Positions 62,833-64,000 of a stretch of DNA of 64,000 bases are shown one piece after another. The stretch lies in NCBI GenBank assembly GCA_965644295.1, contig CBFFRP010000370.1, positions 1 to 64,000 of the forward strand. The letters are read 5' to 3'. The notes under the pieces were generated by a model, which was given only the letters and a program-made list of their open reading frames with translations, was not told the origin of the DNA and made no database searches. Both the position numbers and the translations under genes were made by a program. Source of the DNA: Paraphysomonas bandaiensis. Its lineage: Eukaryota > Protista > Chrysophyceae. The first letter of the stretch is position 1. The number at the start of each line of letters is the position of its first letter.

Positions 62833-63777
62833 ATGATGCGACATGAAGATCAGATCAGATTAGGCACTTCTACTACATTAGATGAGCCTGTTAGTGAGAC
62901 TATTGTAAGTATATCACTATACACATATACACACATCTAGTTCTAATATATATGTATGTATATGTGTATATGCAACTATGGACGTAACGTATACAGTCTT
63001 ATATATAGCTATTACATGTAACGTTTATTAATATATATTTGTATCTTATGTATACATGTATATCTAATGTATGTATATCTGATGTATATATATATATACA
63101 GCTGAGAGATGTGCGACAAGTGGTAGCCAAGTTAAAAATTGTTTTATTACCTCTTGGTAAAGATAGCAATCAAAGTATTTTGCAAAAGTTAAGAGAATGT
63201 AAGTGTCATACGATATACCTCCATATAACTTATCATCTTTGTATTTAAAGGGGATCTTTGGGGTCCATTACTTGTGTGCTTGATGCTTTCGACTACACTC
63301 AGCTTCACGGCTCCTGGTAGTACCGCTTCAGTCGTATTTGCGGCTGTGTTTGTTATTGTGTGGTGTGGAGCCGCCATGGTCACTGTTAATGCACAGTTGC
63401 TTGGAGGCACGATATCATTTTTCCAAAGCGTCTGTATTCTTGGATATTGTGTTTTCCCACTCACCCTTTCGGCCATCGTGTGCCTCATTGTAGGACTGAT
63501 CTACAAGCAGGTGGTGTACAGTTGCTTTTTGTTTTTGTATTCTCTAATTGTTGCTTTGAATTAGATGGTGATAAAGGCCGTCATAGTTGCCATTGGTTTT
63601 ATTTGGAGCACTCGAGGTGGGATGCCATGTATTGATTGTGATGTAAAATATGATTTATTTTCTTCAGCTTCAGTTGTTTTCATGAGCGAGGTTATCAGTG
63701 ACCAACGGCGGGTTCTGGCTGTATATCCGGTGTTTTTCTTCTACACATTCATAGGGTGGATGATTCTTCTCCAGTAG
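62833..63777 (+). CDS. YIPF6: Yip1 domain family protein, YIPF6-like
   Basis: Spliced reading TLDEPVSETI|LRD..LRE|WDLWGPLLVCL..TVNAQLLGGTISFFQSVCILGYCVFP..RRVLAVYPVFFFY. Confidence 0.9.
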
Positions 63778-64000
63778 GTAGCAGCTAGTAGATATAGCGA
63801 GCTAAGCCCTTCTTTTTGTGTTGGCTGACGTGTATTAATATAAACGAGATATTTTTTATTGTGACAATCGCCTACGCACTTTTCGGTTTAAAGCTTTCCC
63901 TACCCTTTTTGTACTCCGTTAAATACCTTTCTTGAAATTCCACAGTTTTAACAAGGTCATTTTCTCCATCCTCCCTTTCCAAAAATACGCGGGATTTATC

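Overview
Eukaryotic nuclear DNA with spliceosomal introns; the gene content suggests a protist, probably a stramenopile (inference). Main result: the 160-bp 'satellite' at ~2.4-11.3 kb is a head-to-tail array of about 56 near-identical box C/D snoRNA-like genes. Each has a terminal stem, boxes C, D' and D, and two antisense guides to conserved LSU rRNA. Host genes: a degenerate two-pore K+ channel, a ~9.7-kb EF-hand/ankyrin/WW/TRAF-Zn/Gly-rich gene, two mitochondrial carriers, a DOT1-like methyltransferase, a sulfotransferase, a small Cys-rich protein, a coiled-coil kinase and YIPF6. A bacterial-looking insert carries an intact ankyrin-CaaX ORF next to decayed nuoI-nuoJ-nuoK. Long (TACA)n/(TATG)n tracts sit 5' of genes. 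One tract has been split by a nest of elements: a 1-kb foldback and two Ginger/KRBA2-like DDE TIR transposons. One transposon carries a solo-LTR-like insert, the other a full-length chromodomain Gypsy element. Copia remnants and a DUF4258-like ORF lie near the right end. Coordinates and counts were read by eye; no searches were run.
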